Below, one piece after another: positions 10,143 to 20,186 of a stretch of DNA of 64,000 bases. Position numbers and translations under genes: made by a program. Under the pieces are notes generated by a model that saw only the letters and a list, made by a program, of their open reading frames with translations, made no database searches and was not told the origin of the DNA. Source of the DNA: an uncultured Pseudomonadales bacterium (GTDB lineage Bacteria; Patescibacteriota; Microgenomatia; UBA1400; PJMF01); the NCBI GenBank assembly GCA_964457085.1, contig CAYWDM010000004.1:8131-72130 (forward strand). The letters run 5' to 3'. Positions within the stretch are counted from its first letter, which is position 1. Every line of letters starts with the position of its first letter.

Positions 10143-11084
10143 TCAATCAACGCTCTGCCATGAGTAACTCTGATCAACCCATTCGAGTATTTTTTTTGTT
10201 TCCTCAAATCTATTATTGCTTTTCATTAATACTATATATAGTGGATGCCCCTGTCGTGTTGCGATAGTAACCAAAACCTCTCCTGCTAGTGGAGTTGTGC
10301 CAGTCTTGATTCCAGTCACCCCGATGTTTTCCTTCAATAAAAAGTTGGTACTGGCTAAGTGTAGTTTTGCTGTATTACCTGCACGCTCAACTTGGATGTC
10401 TGCATCTGCCAATGAAACAATTTTTGCTAACTCTGGTTTAGCTATTAACTCTCTTGCGATTAATAGTAAGTCACTAGATGAAAGTAATTGTTTTGAATTG
10501 TCAAAACCTGCGGGATCAAAATAGTGACTGTTTTGAAGATTGTGTTCCAAACTCCAGAAACTCATCCACTCCAGAAAATTCTCTCTACCTCCAGGTGCAT
10601 GGTTAGCAAGAATTTCTGCAGCAGCATTATCGGATTGTATTAAAAGTGCAGTCAATAAATCTCTAACACTAACGCTATCTCCAATTTGAAACCCAGAGTT
10701 GCTTCTTTCCCGCAAATCTGTTGCTGTCAGTACAACTTTTTGGGACAGGTCATAGTGCTCCATTGCAACGAGTGCAGTCACCATTTTTATGGTGGATGCC
10801 GGATATAGTGCTTTGTTAGACATGTCAGCTGCTAAAATCGCAGCGGATGAAGCGTCAACAACCAAAAAAGCCTCTGAATCTATAGTGGCAGCGATTGAGG
10901 CCTGTTTTGATCCAGCCACTAAATGAGGCAATGGTGCAATCTTAATTTGGGGAAGAATCTTAAATCGCAAGTAATCGGCTGGCACAGGATTTACCGAACC
11001 CTCAGCCAACAACAGTATCGAAATAAATGTCATTGCCAACCACTGATTAATACGGATAGTAGAAAATATCGAACTCACAGACAC
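10143..11084 (-). CDS. D-alanyl-D-alanine carboxypeptidase (peptidase S11)
   Basis: SxxK (ASTIK), SxN (SDN) and KTG motifs. Confidence 0.9.
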   Translation of the reverse strand: MSVSSIFSTIRINQWLAMTFISILLLAEGSVNPVPADYLRFKILPQIKIAPLPHLVAGSKQASIAATIDSEAFLVVDASSAAILAADMSNKALYPASTIKMVTALVAMEHYDLSQKVVLTATDLRERSNSGFQIGDSVSVRDLLTALLIQSDNAAAEILANHAPGGRENFLEWMSFWSLEHNLQNSHYFDPAGFDNSKQLLSSSDLLLIARELIAKPELAKIVSLADADIQVERAGNTAKLHLASTNFLLKENIGVTGIKTGTTPLAGEVLVTIATRQGHPLYIVLMKSNNRFEETKKILEWVDQSYSWQSVD

Positions 11085-11158
11085 AATTGTAGCGAAAACT
11101 CAGACAGCTTGTGGAGCCAATCTTCAGTCAACTTCACAATTCCAAATAACAAAAACGA

Positions 11159-12586
11159 TTATTTTGAGTTGCCTTGAGCTTTTGGTCTAATCGCAATACC
11201 TAGTTCCTGCAATTGCTCTTCTGGTACTAGGCTAGGTGCATCCATCACCGCCGTGCGACCGGTTGAGCTCATTGGGAACGCAATGGTTTCTTTGATAGAT
11301 TGCTCACCAGTTAATACCATGATTAGGCGATCTAAACCGAGTGCGATACCGCCATGTGGAGGAGTGCCTACTTCAAAAGCTCTGAGCATATGACCCACAC
11401 CCTGCTCAATTTCCTCATCGCTGTAGCCCATGGTTTTGAAAGTAGCTTTTAAGACCTCTGGCCGATGAGCACGAATGCTACCGCCTCCAACTTCATATCC
11501 ATTACAGACTAAGTCGTATTGGTTGGTAATAATATTTTCAACGTTTTTTCCAGCCAAGTGGTCTTCGACATGCTCAGGAATGGGACTACTAAATGGATTG
11601 TGAGTGAATGTCCAACCGCTTTTACCGTCTCTCACCTCAGCCACGTCTTTTTGATCAACTTTTTTGAAAAAAGGAAAATTGGAGACCCAGGCGAAAGCTA
11701 AAACTCCAGCTTGTTTCTCTTCTTCGCTACGCAGATCAAATTTATCAGCACCATATTTGGCCATCGAGTCTTTATAGTCAATAACGGGGAAAACTTCATC
11801 TTTTAACTTACCACCGACTGCTTTCACAGCTGATTTGACAACAGTCTCGACAGTTTGCATCACTTGTTTTTGATCAACAAAACTCATTTCTAAATCAAGT
11901 TGAGTGAGTTCAAATAAACGATCTGCACGTAAATCTTCATCACGCACACAGCGGGCAACTTGAAAATATCGCTCAAATCCAGCAGTCATTAATAATTGTT
12001 TATATTGTTGTGGACTTTGTGGCAATGCATAAAATTTACCAGGCTGGAAACGAGAGGGAACTAAAAAGTCTCGAGCACCTTCTTTGGTTGATTTGGTGAG
12101 TAGTGGAGTTTCGATCTCAACAAAATCCTGTGCATATAAACCCTCACGAATGGCACGGATAAACTTACTTCGCATCCGTAAAATTCGCTGCATTCGCTCA
12201 CGGCGAAGATCAAGATAGCGATATTTTAAACGCACTTCTTCATTGACTTCACGACCATCACCCTCAACCAAAATCGGCAATTCGCCAGCTTTATTTAAAA
12301 TTTCGTATGATTGGACATCAATCTCGATGGCACCAGTTTCTAATTCTTTGTTCACCAGTTTTTCTGGTCGAGCCTTAACTAAACCGGTAATCTCCAACAC
12401 ACTTTCGGTAGTGGCGTCGGCTAGTTTCAAATAACCAACACACTGTACCAATCCAGTCCAATCACGTAGATCAATAAAAGTGATTTTGCCGTGATCACGC
12501 TTGGTATTAACCCAACCCATCAACGTTACAGTCTGGCCGACCAATGTGGCGGTGTCTTTAATGAGTGTGCGGGTGGTACCTTGCAT
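11159..12586 (-). CDS. aspS: Aspartate--tRNA ligase, compact form lacking most of the GAD insert
   Basis: RDHGK OB-fold, RLKYRYLDLR, EGARDFLVP, LPQSPQ, RDEDLRADR, PPHGGIALGLDR. Confidence 0.95.
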   Translation of the reverse strand: MQGTTRTLIKDTATLVGQTVTLMGWVNTKRDHGKITFIDLRDWTGLVQCVGYLKLADATTESVLEITGLVKARPEKLVNKELETGAIEIDVQSYEILNKAGELPILVEGDGREVNEEVRLKYRYLDLRRERMQRILRMRSKFIRAIREGLYAQDFVEIETPLLTKSTKEGARDFLVPSRFQPGKFYALPQSPQQYKQLLMTAGFERYFQVARCVRDEDLRADRLFELTQLDLEMSFVDQKQVMQTVETVVKSAVKAVGGKLKDEVFPVIDYKDSMAKYGADKFDLRSEEEKQAGVLAFAWVSNFPFFKKVDQKDVAEVRDGKSGWTFTHNPFSSPIPEHVEDHLAGKNVENIITNQYDLVCNGYEVGGGSIRAHRPEVLKATFKTMGYSDEEIEQGVGHMLRAFEVGTPPHGGIALGLDRLIMVLTGEQSIKETIAFPMSSTGRTAVMDAPSLVPEEQLQELGIAIRPKAQGNSK

Positions 12587-12673
12587 GGCGATTATTATAC
12601 ATGGGGGGGAAGAAAAACTAGGCAGACAGATTGAGATATGTTATTCGAGAGCAAGGGAGTAATCATTTACCGC

Positions 12674-12701
12674 TTGCACTGTCTCCCATCCTTTATATAA
12701 T
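12674..12701 (+). promoter_or_regulatory. Sigma70-type promoter
   Basis: TTGCAC (12674-79), 16 nt, TATAAT (12696-701). Confidence 0.6.
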
Positions 12702-12712
12702 AGTCAACGTTT

Positions 12713-12840
12713 ATGTTACAAATTGTTCGCGTTATCTGGCTTAATACCCAACTCTTTATTAAAGAGCGGGGTTGTAGTGCGTAGCGAACAGTAGTTTTTA
12801 ACTCGTCACACAACCCCGCCATAACAGGCGGGGTTTTTAG
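12713..12840 (+). promoter_or_regulatory. Putative attenuator: 23-aa leader ORF plus alternative antiterminator/terminator
   Basis: Leader 12713-12784 MLQIVRVIWLNTQLFIKERGCSA*. GCGGGGTTGT (12766-75) is perfectly complementary to ACAACCCCGC (12810-19), which overlaps the terminator AACCCCGCC-ataaca-GGCGGGGTT-TTT (12812-38). Confidence 0.6.
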
Positions 12841-13038
12841 TTTTGCGAGCATTATTGTTAATAAACCAAAAGAACTTTAAAAAAACAGAGAAAAAAGGAA
12901 GAGTGGCCTGCTGACCGGTAATTAGTTATTTGATTGCCAGTCACAAGGTCATACGACCCCCAGTCTGCTTGGTTTCCATCGCGGAAACCTAAACGAGCGG
13001 ACTGACATCTCATATTATTTTCCGGAGGAAACTTTTTG

Positions 13039-13233
13039 ATGGACACAATCACTCAGCAACAATACGACAATTTGGACGGCATGGCGCTCAGCGAGCTGGC
13101 TGGAATCTTAAGTACCAGTCAGGCACGACTTATGACAGAGTTTGGAAGTCCAGACTCGGCAATTGCCGGTGCCGCTAATTTGATCCGCCAGTACGTTGCT
13201 GGCGGTACGATGCAAATTGCAGTGGTGGCCTAA
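13039..13233 (+). CDS. Orphan 64-aa small protein
   Basis: GGAGG Shine-Dalgarno at 13024-28, ATG at 13039, followed by a 15-bp hairpin. Confidence 0.65.
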   Translation: MDTITQQQYDNLDGMALSELAGILSTSQARLMTEFGSPDSAIAGAANLIRQYVAGGTMQIAVVA

Positions 13234-13254
13234 CAAAAGAAATACTCCGGCCAC

Positions 13255-13290
13255 ATCCACACTCTCTAGCAAAAACTAGGGAGTGTGGAT
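13255..13290 (+). terminator. Terminator-like hairpin after the small ORF
   Basis: ATCCACACTCTCTAG-caaaaa-CTAGGGAGTGTGGAT, 15 bp with one G-U. The U-tract is offset by a few nt. Confidence 0.6.
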
Positions 13291-13352
13291 AAACACTTTT
13301 TCCATACACAACAAGTAAAAACAATTTTCAAAAAAATCGCTATACTAACGAT

Positions 13353-14555
13353 ATGAAACGAACTAGTAATTTGTGGATCATTCTCTTTGTTGGTTTAGTG
13401 GTTGGCGGATTAATTACTGCACTGACAATTAACTTACTTCCCAAAGGTTCCACCGATCTCATTTCCCCATTCGTCAAACAAGAAACTGCCACGGCTGCAC
13501 CTCTAAACGAATACTCAATTCCCAACTTAGCCACCCGCCCATTCACCGCCAGTCCTCCATTAAAAATCGAACAGCTACTTAAAACTACCCCTGACATTGA
13601 ATCCTACACTTTTTCTTTTCAAACCATGGATCAACGCATGTCTGGTCTCGTTAATATTCCAACCACACCAGCCCCAAAAACAGGCTATCCAGTACTCTTG
13701 ATGGTGCGAGGATATGTGCCCCTTGAACAATATGTTCCAGGTATGGGCACTAAAAATGCAGCCGAGCATTTCACCAAAAAAGGCTATGTCACCATCGCTC
13801 CAGATTTTTTTGGCTATGGAACCAGTGCTCCAGAACTAGCCGATAGCTGGGAAGCCAGATTCATAAAACCAATTAATCTCATTGAGTTGCTAAAAACAGT
13901 TCAAGCTCACCCAGAATTGCTAATGAAATATGAAGCCATCCAAGTAGCCGAGTCTGCACTCAAGTCGACTGCACCCAGTAGTGCTTCAAGCTCTGCAGAA
14001 ACCACAGAATCAACAGAAAGTGCTGTTGTCGCTCCGGTTACAGAAAATCCATTAGTGGGCAGACCAAATGCCTCAATCTCACTTAATGCCAAAAAAATCG
14101 GTATCTGGGCACATAGCAACGGTGGTCAGATCACACTAACTGCCTTAGAGATTTTAGGTGAACCAGTTCCAGCCACGCTCTGGGCACCTGTCACTGCACC
14201 CTTCCCTTACTCATTACTTTACTTTAGTGATGAAAATGAAGATGAAGGTAAAGCTACTCGTAATTGGATAGCTGAATTTGAAAAAGAGTATGACGTCTTT
14301 GACTTTTCACTCACTCAGCACCTTGATCGCCTCCATGGCGACATTCAAATCCATCATGGAACCCTCGATGACTCTGCATTAAAAAGTTGGTCAGATGATT
14401 TCGTGGCTAAGATCAAAACCGCAAACGTAAATCGACCAAAAAGTGATCAAGTGAAAATTAACTACTTTACCTATCCTGGTGCAGACCACAACCTACAGCC
14501 AGGCTGGAATACAGCAATTCAAAGAGACAGTGATTTCTTTCAAAAGAAACTTTGA
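13353..14555 (+). CDS. Membrane-anchored alpha/beta hydrolase (S9-like peptidase/esterase)
   Basis: N-terminal TM, APDFFGYG, nucleophile elbow WAHSNGG, HHGTLDD, YPGADHN; Ser/Thr/Ala-rich insertion. Confidence 0.8.
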   Translation: MKRTSNLWIILFVGLVVGGLITALTINLLPKGSTDLISPFVKQETATAAPLNEYSIPNLATRPFTASPPLKIEQLLKTTPDIESYTFSFQTMDQRMSGLVNIPTTPAPKTGYPVLLMVRGYVPLEQYVPGMGTKNAAEHFTKKGYVTIAPDFFGYGTSAPELADSWEARFIKPINLIELLKTVQAHPELLMKYEAIQVAESALKSTAPSSASSSAETTESTESAVVAPVTENPLVGRPNASISLNAKKIGIWAHSNGGQITLTALEILGEPVPATLWAPVTAPFPYSLLYFSDENEDEGKATRNWIAEFEKEYDVFDFSLTQHLDRLHGDIQIHHGTLDDSALKSWSDDFVAKIKTANVNRPKSDQVKINYFTYPGADHNLQPGWNTAIQRDSDFFQKKL

Positions 14556-15704
14556 TTACTCAACTTCGTCAGCGTCAGCAATCATTGGAGTACTTGAAAT
14601 AGCTAAACTCCCAGATCGATAGCGGTCAATTTTATCGAGCTTACGATCAAGCTGTTTGGTACGAGTGGTAGTAATTTTTTCGTATCCTAGTTTTAGAGTC
14701 TCAATACTACGACCAAATTTCGAGAATTCTTCTTTAAATGAACCCCACTCTTTGGCAAACTCATCAACATACTTGACCACTTCTTTTAATTTGTCACCCA
14801 TCATGAAGTTACGGTAACTTTCCATTACAGTCCGTGCCACAATTAGAAAAGTAAACGGCGACACAATCATCACTCGTTTTGAGAGAGCTTCATCAATCAC
14901 CTGTGGCATTTTTTGGTTAATAAATGAAAAGATCATTTCGTTTGGCACAAACATAATCGCATAGTCCAGAGTTTCCAAACCGGGATCTATATACAAAGCT
15001 ACTTTAGCAATCTTGGTGCGAATATCTGACTCGAATTGTTTTAAATGTCCTGCCTTAATGGCCTTATTATCAGTAAGCACCATTTTTTGAATTTCCTGAT
15101 AAGGAAACTTAGCATCAACTGGGACCACTCGTTTGTCTGGCAATAACAAAGTAATATCTGGTTTTAGGCTAGTGGAACCATGTAGAAATTGTTGACGTCG
15201 ATAATGCACGCCTTCAACCAAACCGTTACTTTGTAGTAAGTCTTCGATAATCCGCTCACCCCAACCACCACGCATCTGGTTATTAGAAAGCACAGTAGCC
15301 AACTGTTGTGTTGAAGTTCGTAGTTCATCTGTGAGTTTACGATGGTCAGTCAGAGCTGTTGTTAGCTCAGTAAATTGTTTTAACCGATCGCGATCCAGCG
15401 ATCGAACTTCATCCTGACGAGCCTTTAATTCTTGTCGCAGTTGCTCTACTAACTTCTCCATCATCTGCTGTTTATTGGCCAAATCAACTTTAATGTTGTC
15501 ACGTTCCCCAGCCATAATTTCTTTACCTTGCTGTGCAATCGCAACCGCACTCATCCCGAATACTTTCTGCACCACACCTTCAAGATCTGCTCCCGCCTTC
15601 TCCGACAGCAACTGTTGTTTTTTATTGAGTTGTAACAATTGCCACAACACAATGCCCAAAACCAACACAATTACCACGCAAAGTACGATAAGAAATAGCT
15701 GCAT
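14556..15704 (-). CDS. rmuC: DNA recombination protein RmuC
   Basis: TM plus coiled coil, RGGWGE, KPD...VDAKFP, AIMFVPNE. Confidence 0.9.
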   Translation of the reverse strand: MQLFLIVLCVVIVLVLGIVLWQLLQLNKKQQLLSEKAGADLEGVVQKVFGMSAVAIAQQGKEIMAGERDNIKVDLANKQQMMEKLVEQLRQELKARQDEVRSLDRDRLKQFTELTTALTDHRKLTDELRTSTQQLATVLSNNQMRGGWGERIIEDLLQSNGLVEGVHYRRQQFLHGSTSLKPDITLLLPDKRVVPVDAKFPYQEIQKMVLTDNKAIKAGHLKQFESDIRTKIAKVALYIDPGLETLDYAIMFVPNEMIFSFINQKMPQVIDEALSKRVMIVSPFTFLIVARTVMESYRNFMMGDKLKEVVKYVDEFAKEWGSFKEEFSKFGRSIETLKLGYEKITTTRTKQLDRKLDKIDRYRSGSLAISSTPMIADADEVE

Positions 15705-15727
15705 TCCTACAGTATACTGGATCTGCT

Positions 15728-16213
15728 ATGGTGATGCAGCACTCCCGTTCACGACTAGCTGAAAAACCAGTAGGTACTTTTTTTACTGGTAAGGTTGCCC
15801 AGCAATTTCTCGATCATAGTCAACGATTTCAACAGCATTTTTCAACTGTAAAACCTTTTTCCCCGGTACTTAAGGAATACCTGAAACATTGGCCACAACT
15901 TGCTATCGGACTAAGTGTGTTTTTTGTGCTCTACAGATTGATCTCCAGCTACACACCATCACAACTTGCACATTTTTTAATCCCGAATAGTTACTTAAGC
16001 GTACTCAGTCTCTTTTTTATCGGTGGTTGGTACTGCTGGAGCTTTCTATTACACGGTACCAAAAAAAGCCTAATTGCTTCGCTTATCTGCACCCTTTGGT
16101 TATTCACTAGATTGCAACAGATTATTACACCGAATTGGTTTTGGATATGTCTGCTATTTGGCTGGATTGCAATCGGATTTACTCGGGATTTACTTAAACA
16201 TAAACGCGTATAA
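15728..16213 (+). CDS. Hypothetical multi-pass membrane protein
   Basis: About four hydrophobic segments; first gene of the metG operon. Confidence 0.7.
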   Translation: MVMQHSRSRLAEKPVGTFFTGKVAQQFLDHSQRFQQHFSTVKPFSPVLKEYLKHWPQLAIGLSVFFVLYRLISSYTPSQLAHFLIPNSYLSVLSLFFIGGWYCWSFLLHGTKKSLIASLICTLWLFTRLQQIITPNWFWICLLFGWIAIGFTRDLLKHKRV

Positions 16214-16243
16214 TAACCAGCACGATTAAACAAAAAATATTAA

Positions 16244-17674
16244 ATGCACTCAGATCACTTTTATCTCACCACCACCTTGCCTTATGTAAATGCTGAACCA
16301 CATATTGGTTTTGCATTAGAGATTGTTGCTGCAGACGTGATCTGCAGATTTCAAGAACAACAAGGCAAAAAAGTCATCTTTAATACTGGTACTGATGAAC
16401 ATGGTCAAAAAATATATCAACAGGCACTTGCAGCTAATCAAGATCCTCAGCAATATTGTGATGCCTATGCTGCCAAATTCGCAGATTTGCAAAAATTGCT
16501 CAATCTGAGCTTCAACCATTTTATTCGCACCACCGATGCTCATCACGTTGCGGCTGCACAAGTTTTTTGGCAAAAATGTTTCGATCAAGGCGATATCTAT
16601 AAAAAAACCTACCAAACTAAGTATTGCGTTGGCTGCGAGCTGGAAAAAACCGATAGTGAGCTGGTAGACAATCGCTGCCCGCTGCATGCCACTAAAGAAA
16701 TTGAATACCGAGATGAAGAAAATTATTTTTTCCGGTTCTCAGCATACGCAGAAAAATTATTAGCACATTACCAATCTCACCCAGAATTTGTAAAACCAGC
16801 TCATCGATTAAAAGAAATTCAATCGTTCGTCGCACAAGGCCTACAAGACTTCAGTATTTCCAGACTCAAAGCCAAAATGTCTTGGGGCATTCCAGTGCCC
16901 AATGATTCAGAGCACGTCATGTATGTCTGGTTTGATGCATTGATCAACTATATCTCTACGCTTGGTTGGCCAGAAATTGAAGGTGAATATACGACTTTTT
17001 GGCCTGGTGTGCAGGTGGCTGGCAAAGACAATTTACGACAACAATCTGCCATGTGGCAAGCTATGTTACTGTCGGCAGGATTGTCACCCTCAAAGCAAAT
17101 TCTAATCAATGGTTTTATTGGGGTGAACAGCCAAAAAATGAGTAAATCTTTAGGCAATGTTATCTCTCCAACTGAACTTGTGACACGCTATGGCCTTGAT
17201 GCTTCAAGATTTTTATTGATAAACCTTGGACCTTTTGGCGAAGATATGGACGTCAGTTGGACTCGATTTGATCAAGAGTATACTGCCATGCTTGCCAATG
17301 GATATGGTAATCTCACCTCACGCATCCTAAAAATGGCCGAACGAGCTGGACTCTCATTTGCAACCAATGCTACAAAATCTCCAGAGTGGTACCAACAATT
17401 CTGTAGATTCATGGAAGCTTTTGAACTGAGTAGTGCAGTGAGTCTAATTAAAGAACAGATTAACTCTGTCGATCAATATTTGAGTGATCAAAAACCTTGG
17501 AAGCTGAGCGGTGGTGAACAAACCTCGATATTACAAGTCAGCTTAGAAAAGCTCTATTGGCTGAATCAGTCATTACAGTCACTAATGCCACAAACTACTC
17601 AAACAGTTTCTGATGCACTCTTGACTACTCCAATTATTGCTCCAGCCTCATTATTTCCGCGTTTGGCACTATAA
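16244..17674 (+). CDS. metG: Methionine--tRNA ligase, short monomeric type
   Basis: TTLPYVN-x2-HIG, GTDEHGQK, YVWFDALINY, KMSKS. Confidence 0.95.
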   Translation: MHSDHFYLTTTLPYVNAEPHIGFALEIVAADVICRFQEQQGKKVIFNTGTDEHGQKIYQQALAANQDPQQYCDAYAAKFADLQKLLNLSFNHFIRTTDAHHVAAAQVFWQKCFDQGDIYKKTYQTKYCVGCELEKTDSELVDNRCPLHATKEIEYRDEENYFFRFSAYAEKLLAHYQSHPEFVKPAHRLKEIQSFVAQGLQDFSISRLKAKMSWGIPVPNDSEHVMYVWFDALINYISTLGWPEIEGEYTTFWPGVQVAGKDNLRQQSAMWQAMLLSAGLSPSKQILINGFIGVNSQKMSKSLGNVISPTELVTRYGLDASRFLLINLGPFGEDMDVSWTRFDQEYTAMLANGYGNLTSRILKMAERAGLSFATNATKSPEWYQQFCRFMEAFELSSAVSLIKEQINSVDQYLSDQKPWKLSGGEQTSILQVSLEKLYWLNQSLQSLMPQTTQTVSDALLTTPIIAPASLFPRLAL

Positions 17675-17680
17675 ACCATC

Positions 17681-18613
17681 ATGCGATGCATCGACACTCA
17701 TTGTCACTACAACTTAGAACCACTTTTCAACGGTCAACGCAGCCATTTTCGGATCAAAGATGATGACTCAATTTTAGCCAAAAACTGGCAGATACACTGG
17801 GAAAGTGCTAAAAATGCGGGTGTCTTGGGTGGCATCGCTGTGGGTGCTGATCTAGAAAATTCTGCTATTGCCATCTCGATTCATAAACAACAACCAAAAA
17901 TACTCGCAGCAGTTGGTCTACACCCAGAACTTCCCAGCGAATTACTAACAACAATTACTACGAGTTCTCCAGAACTCTCAATTATTGAACTTAAAAATGA
18001 GGTAACCCTGCAGCTCAACCAACACTTAGAAAAACTATCTGGACTCGCCAGAAACAACGAAATAGTTGCGATTGGTGAAACAGGTTGCGATTACTACTAT
18101 TTTACTGACGATTTAGTGCTCAATGAATTTACAAGAGACTTGCAAGCACATCTATTTGCAGCACAAATTAAACTTGCTAACCAATTAAAACTGCCTGTAA
18201 TTGTGCACACTCGTGATAAAAAAACCCAAGCCTACACCGACGCTCTGTCACTAATCAAACAGCACTATGAGTTCCACAAACCATTTGTACTACACTGTGT
18301 TTCTGGTCCACTTGAGTATGTCCAAGCTGCAATTGAACTTGGTGCCTATGTCGGTTTTGATGGCAATCTGACCTATAAAAATAACCAAGATTTACTCGAG
18401 ATTCTCGCAATGGTTCCAGCCAATAGAATAGTTATTGAAACAGATTCGCCATATTTACCACCAACTCCATATCGTGGTCAGGTGTGTGAGCCTTGGATGG
18501 TAACCTCAGTCGCAACTGCAGTCTGTGACCTAAAAAAAATCACCGAAGAAACTCTGCTGCAAAATACCGTTAATTTATTTGGAAAGCCAATAGAAACACT
18601 GCTCTCAGATTAA
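17681..18613 (+). CDS. tatD: TatD family hydrolase
   Basis: DTHCH, GLHP, AIGETGCD, HTR, LHC, IETDSPYL; follows metG. Confidence 0.92.
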   Translation: MRCIDTHCHYNLEPLFNGQRSHFRIKDDDSILAKNWQIHWESAKNAGVLGGIAVGADLENSAIAISIHKQQPKILAAVGLHPELPSELLTTITTSSPELSIIELKNEVTLQLNQHLEKLSGLARNNEIVAIGETGCDYYYFTDDLVLNEFTRDLQAHLFAAQIKLANQLKLPVIVHTRDKKTQAYTDALSLIKQHYEFHKPFVLHCVSGPLEYVQAAIELGAYVGFDGNLTYKNNQDLLEILAMVPANRIVIETDSPYLPPTPYRGQVCEPWMVTSVATAVCDLKKITEETLLQNTVNLFGKPIETLLSD

Positions 18614-18658
18614 GGGTACGTGCAGATGACTTTTTCAGATATAATATAGGTTCAAATC

Positions 18659-20155
18659 ATGCTCAAGAATTTAGTCAGACGTCATCCCATCCGCACCCAG
18701 CGTTTCCTAGAAATTTTGCCTGGTTTTGTGTCATGGTCTTTAATTTTATTTCCTTTTTGGGGTTCATTTTTAGTACCAACTTTTGTGGCTTACTATGTAA
18801 TTACTTTTGCAGTCTATTGGTTGTACCGCTCATTATCTCTGGCAGTACTCTCAGTTTTGGCTCACTTTCGAATTAAAGCCGCCTCAAGATTTGATTGGGC
18901 ACAGTTTGGCAAAAAATCGCACCCAAAGCGTTGGAATGACATTCATCATGTAATTATCATTCCCACATACATGGAACCTGTCTCTACTTTGAAGCGAACC
19001 TTAAACCGACTCAGTCTACAGACTTTCCCACTCAAAAATATACACATCATGTTGTCATTCGAAAAACGCGAAGGAGCGGCAGCATTAGAAAAATCTGCAG
19101 AACTAAGTAAACAGTACGCTCATACTTTTGGACATATTTGGACTACTCTTCACCCAGACATTAAAGGTGAAGTAAAAGGTAAGTCCTCAAACACAGCTTG
19201 GGGTGCCAAAGCAGCTAAAATTTTATTGATTGATAAACTACAGATTCCAATTGAAAACGTCACTATCACCAGCGAGGATGCGGATTCTCTTTTTCATCCA
19301 CAATATTTTTCCTATCTCACCCACGAATTTTTATCGAGCTCAAATCCCTACAACAAAGTTTGGCAAGCGAGCATTAGTTTTTACAACAACATTTGGGAAG
19401 TGCCAACACCAGTCCGAGTCATGGCAAGCATTTTCTCTGTGACTCAAATGTATATTCTGATGCGTAAAGACAGATTGGTCAATTTCTCTACGTATTCAAT
19501 CTCACTCAAACATATCCATGATATTGGCTACTGGGACACTGACGTAATTCCTGAGGATTACCGAATGTTTTTCAAATCATACTTTGCTAAAAAAGGTGAC
19601 TTTGAGGTAGAACCAATTTTCTTACCCATTTATGCTGATGCAGCTCAGGCAAATGGTTTTTGGAACACCATGCACAACCAGTATGAGCAGTTAAAGCGCT
19701 GGGCCTGGGGTGTTTCCGATGACCCTTATATTATTAGACAATACATTTTAGCTGAGGGTGTCCCTTTTTGGGACAAAACTATCCGCGTATTTAAAGTAAT
19801 TGAAGACCACTTCTTATGGCCAGTTAATTGGTTTGCGATCACTGTTTCTGCGATGTTACCCCCGCTACTTAACGATCAGTTTTCAAGAACTATACTGGGT
19901 AAAACTTTGCCACAAGTGACTTCTGCATTACTAACAATGTCGCTCATCTCCATGATCGTCATTTTCGTGATTGATGCTCGAAATCGTCCTCCCCGTCCCA
20001 GCACACATAATTTCCTATCGTATGTAATCCAGCCACTTGAATTTTTATTATTACCCGTGATTGGATTCTTCTTCTCAGCACTTCCCGGTCTAGATGCACA
20101 TACGAGATTAATGCTCGGTAAGTATATTGAATACCGTGTTACCGAAAAGGTTTGA
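18659..20155 (+). CDS. Membrane GT2 glycosyltransferase (processive-like)
   Basis: GKSSN, DADS, PED and QLKRW (QxxRW) motifs with flanking TM helices. Confidence 0.82.
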   Translation: MLKNLVRRHPIRTQRFLEILPGFVSWSLILFPFWGSFLVPTFVAYYVITFAVYWLYRSLSLAVLSVLAHFRIKAASRFDWAQFGKKSHPKRWNDIHHVIIIPTYMEPVSTLKRTLNRLSLQTFPLKNIHIMLSFEKREGAAALEKSAELSKQYAHTFGHIWTTLHPDIKGEVKGKSSNTAWGAKAAKILLIDKLQIPIENVTITSEDADSLFHPQYFSYLTHEFLSSSNPYNKVWQASISFYNNIWEVPTPVRVMASIFSVTQMYILMRKDRLVNFSTYSISLKHIHDIGYWDTDVIPEDYRMFFKSYFAKKGDFEVEPIFLPIYADAAQANGFWNTMHNQYEQLKRWAWGVSDDPYIIRQYILAEGVPFWDKTIRVFKVIEDHFLWPVNWFAITVSAMLPPLLNDQFSRTILGKTLPQVTSALLTMSLISMIVIFVIDARNRPPRPSTHNFLSYVIQPLEFLLLPVIGFFFSALPGLDAHTRLMLGKYIEYRVTEKV

Positions 20156-20186
20156 CACGACCATCAGATTTAGCTCATAATGAGCA

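Noticed and set aside
11159-12586. Calling aspS discriminating or non-discriminating
   Set aside because: The signature is mixed (RDHG His present, but RPEK rather than RPEG); it cannot be decided without the asnS/gatCAB inventory.
13015-13035. SRP or RNase P RNA suggested by TCCGGAGGAAA
   Set aside because: The flanking conserved motifs are missing; it is better explained as the SD of the 64-aa ORF.
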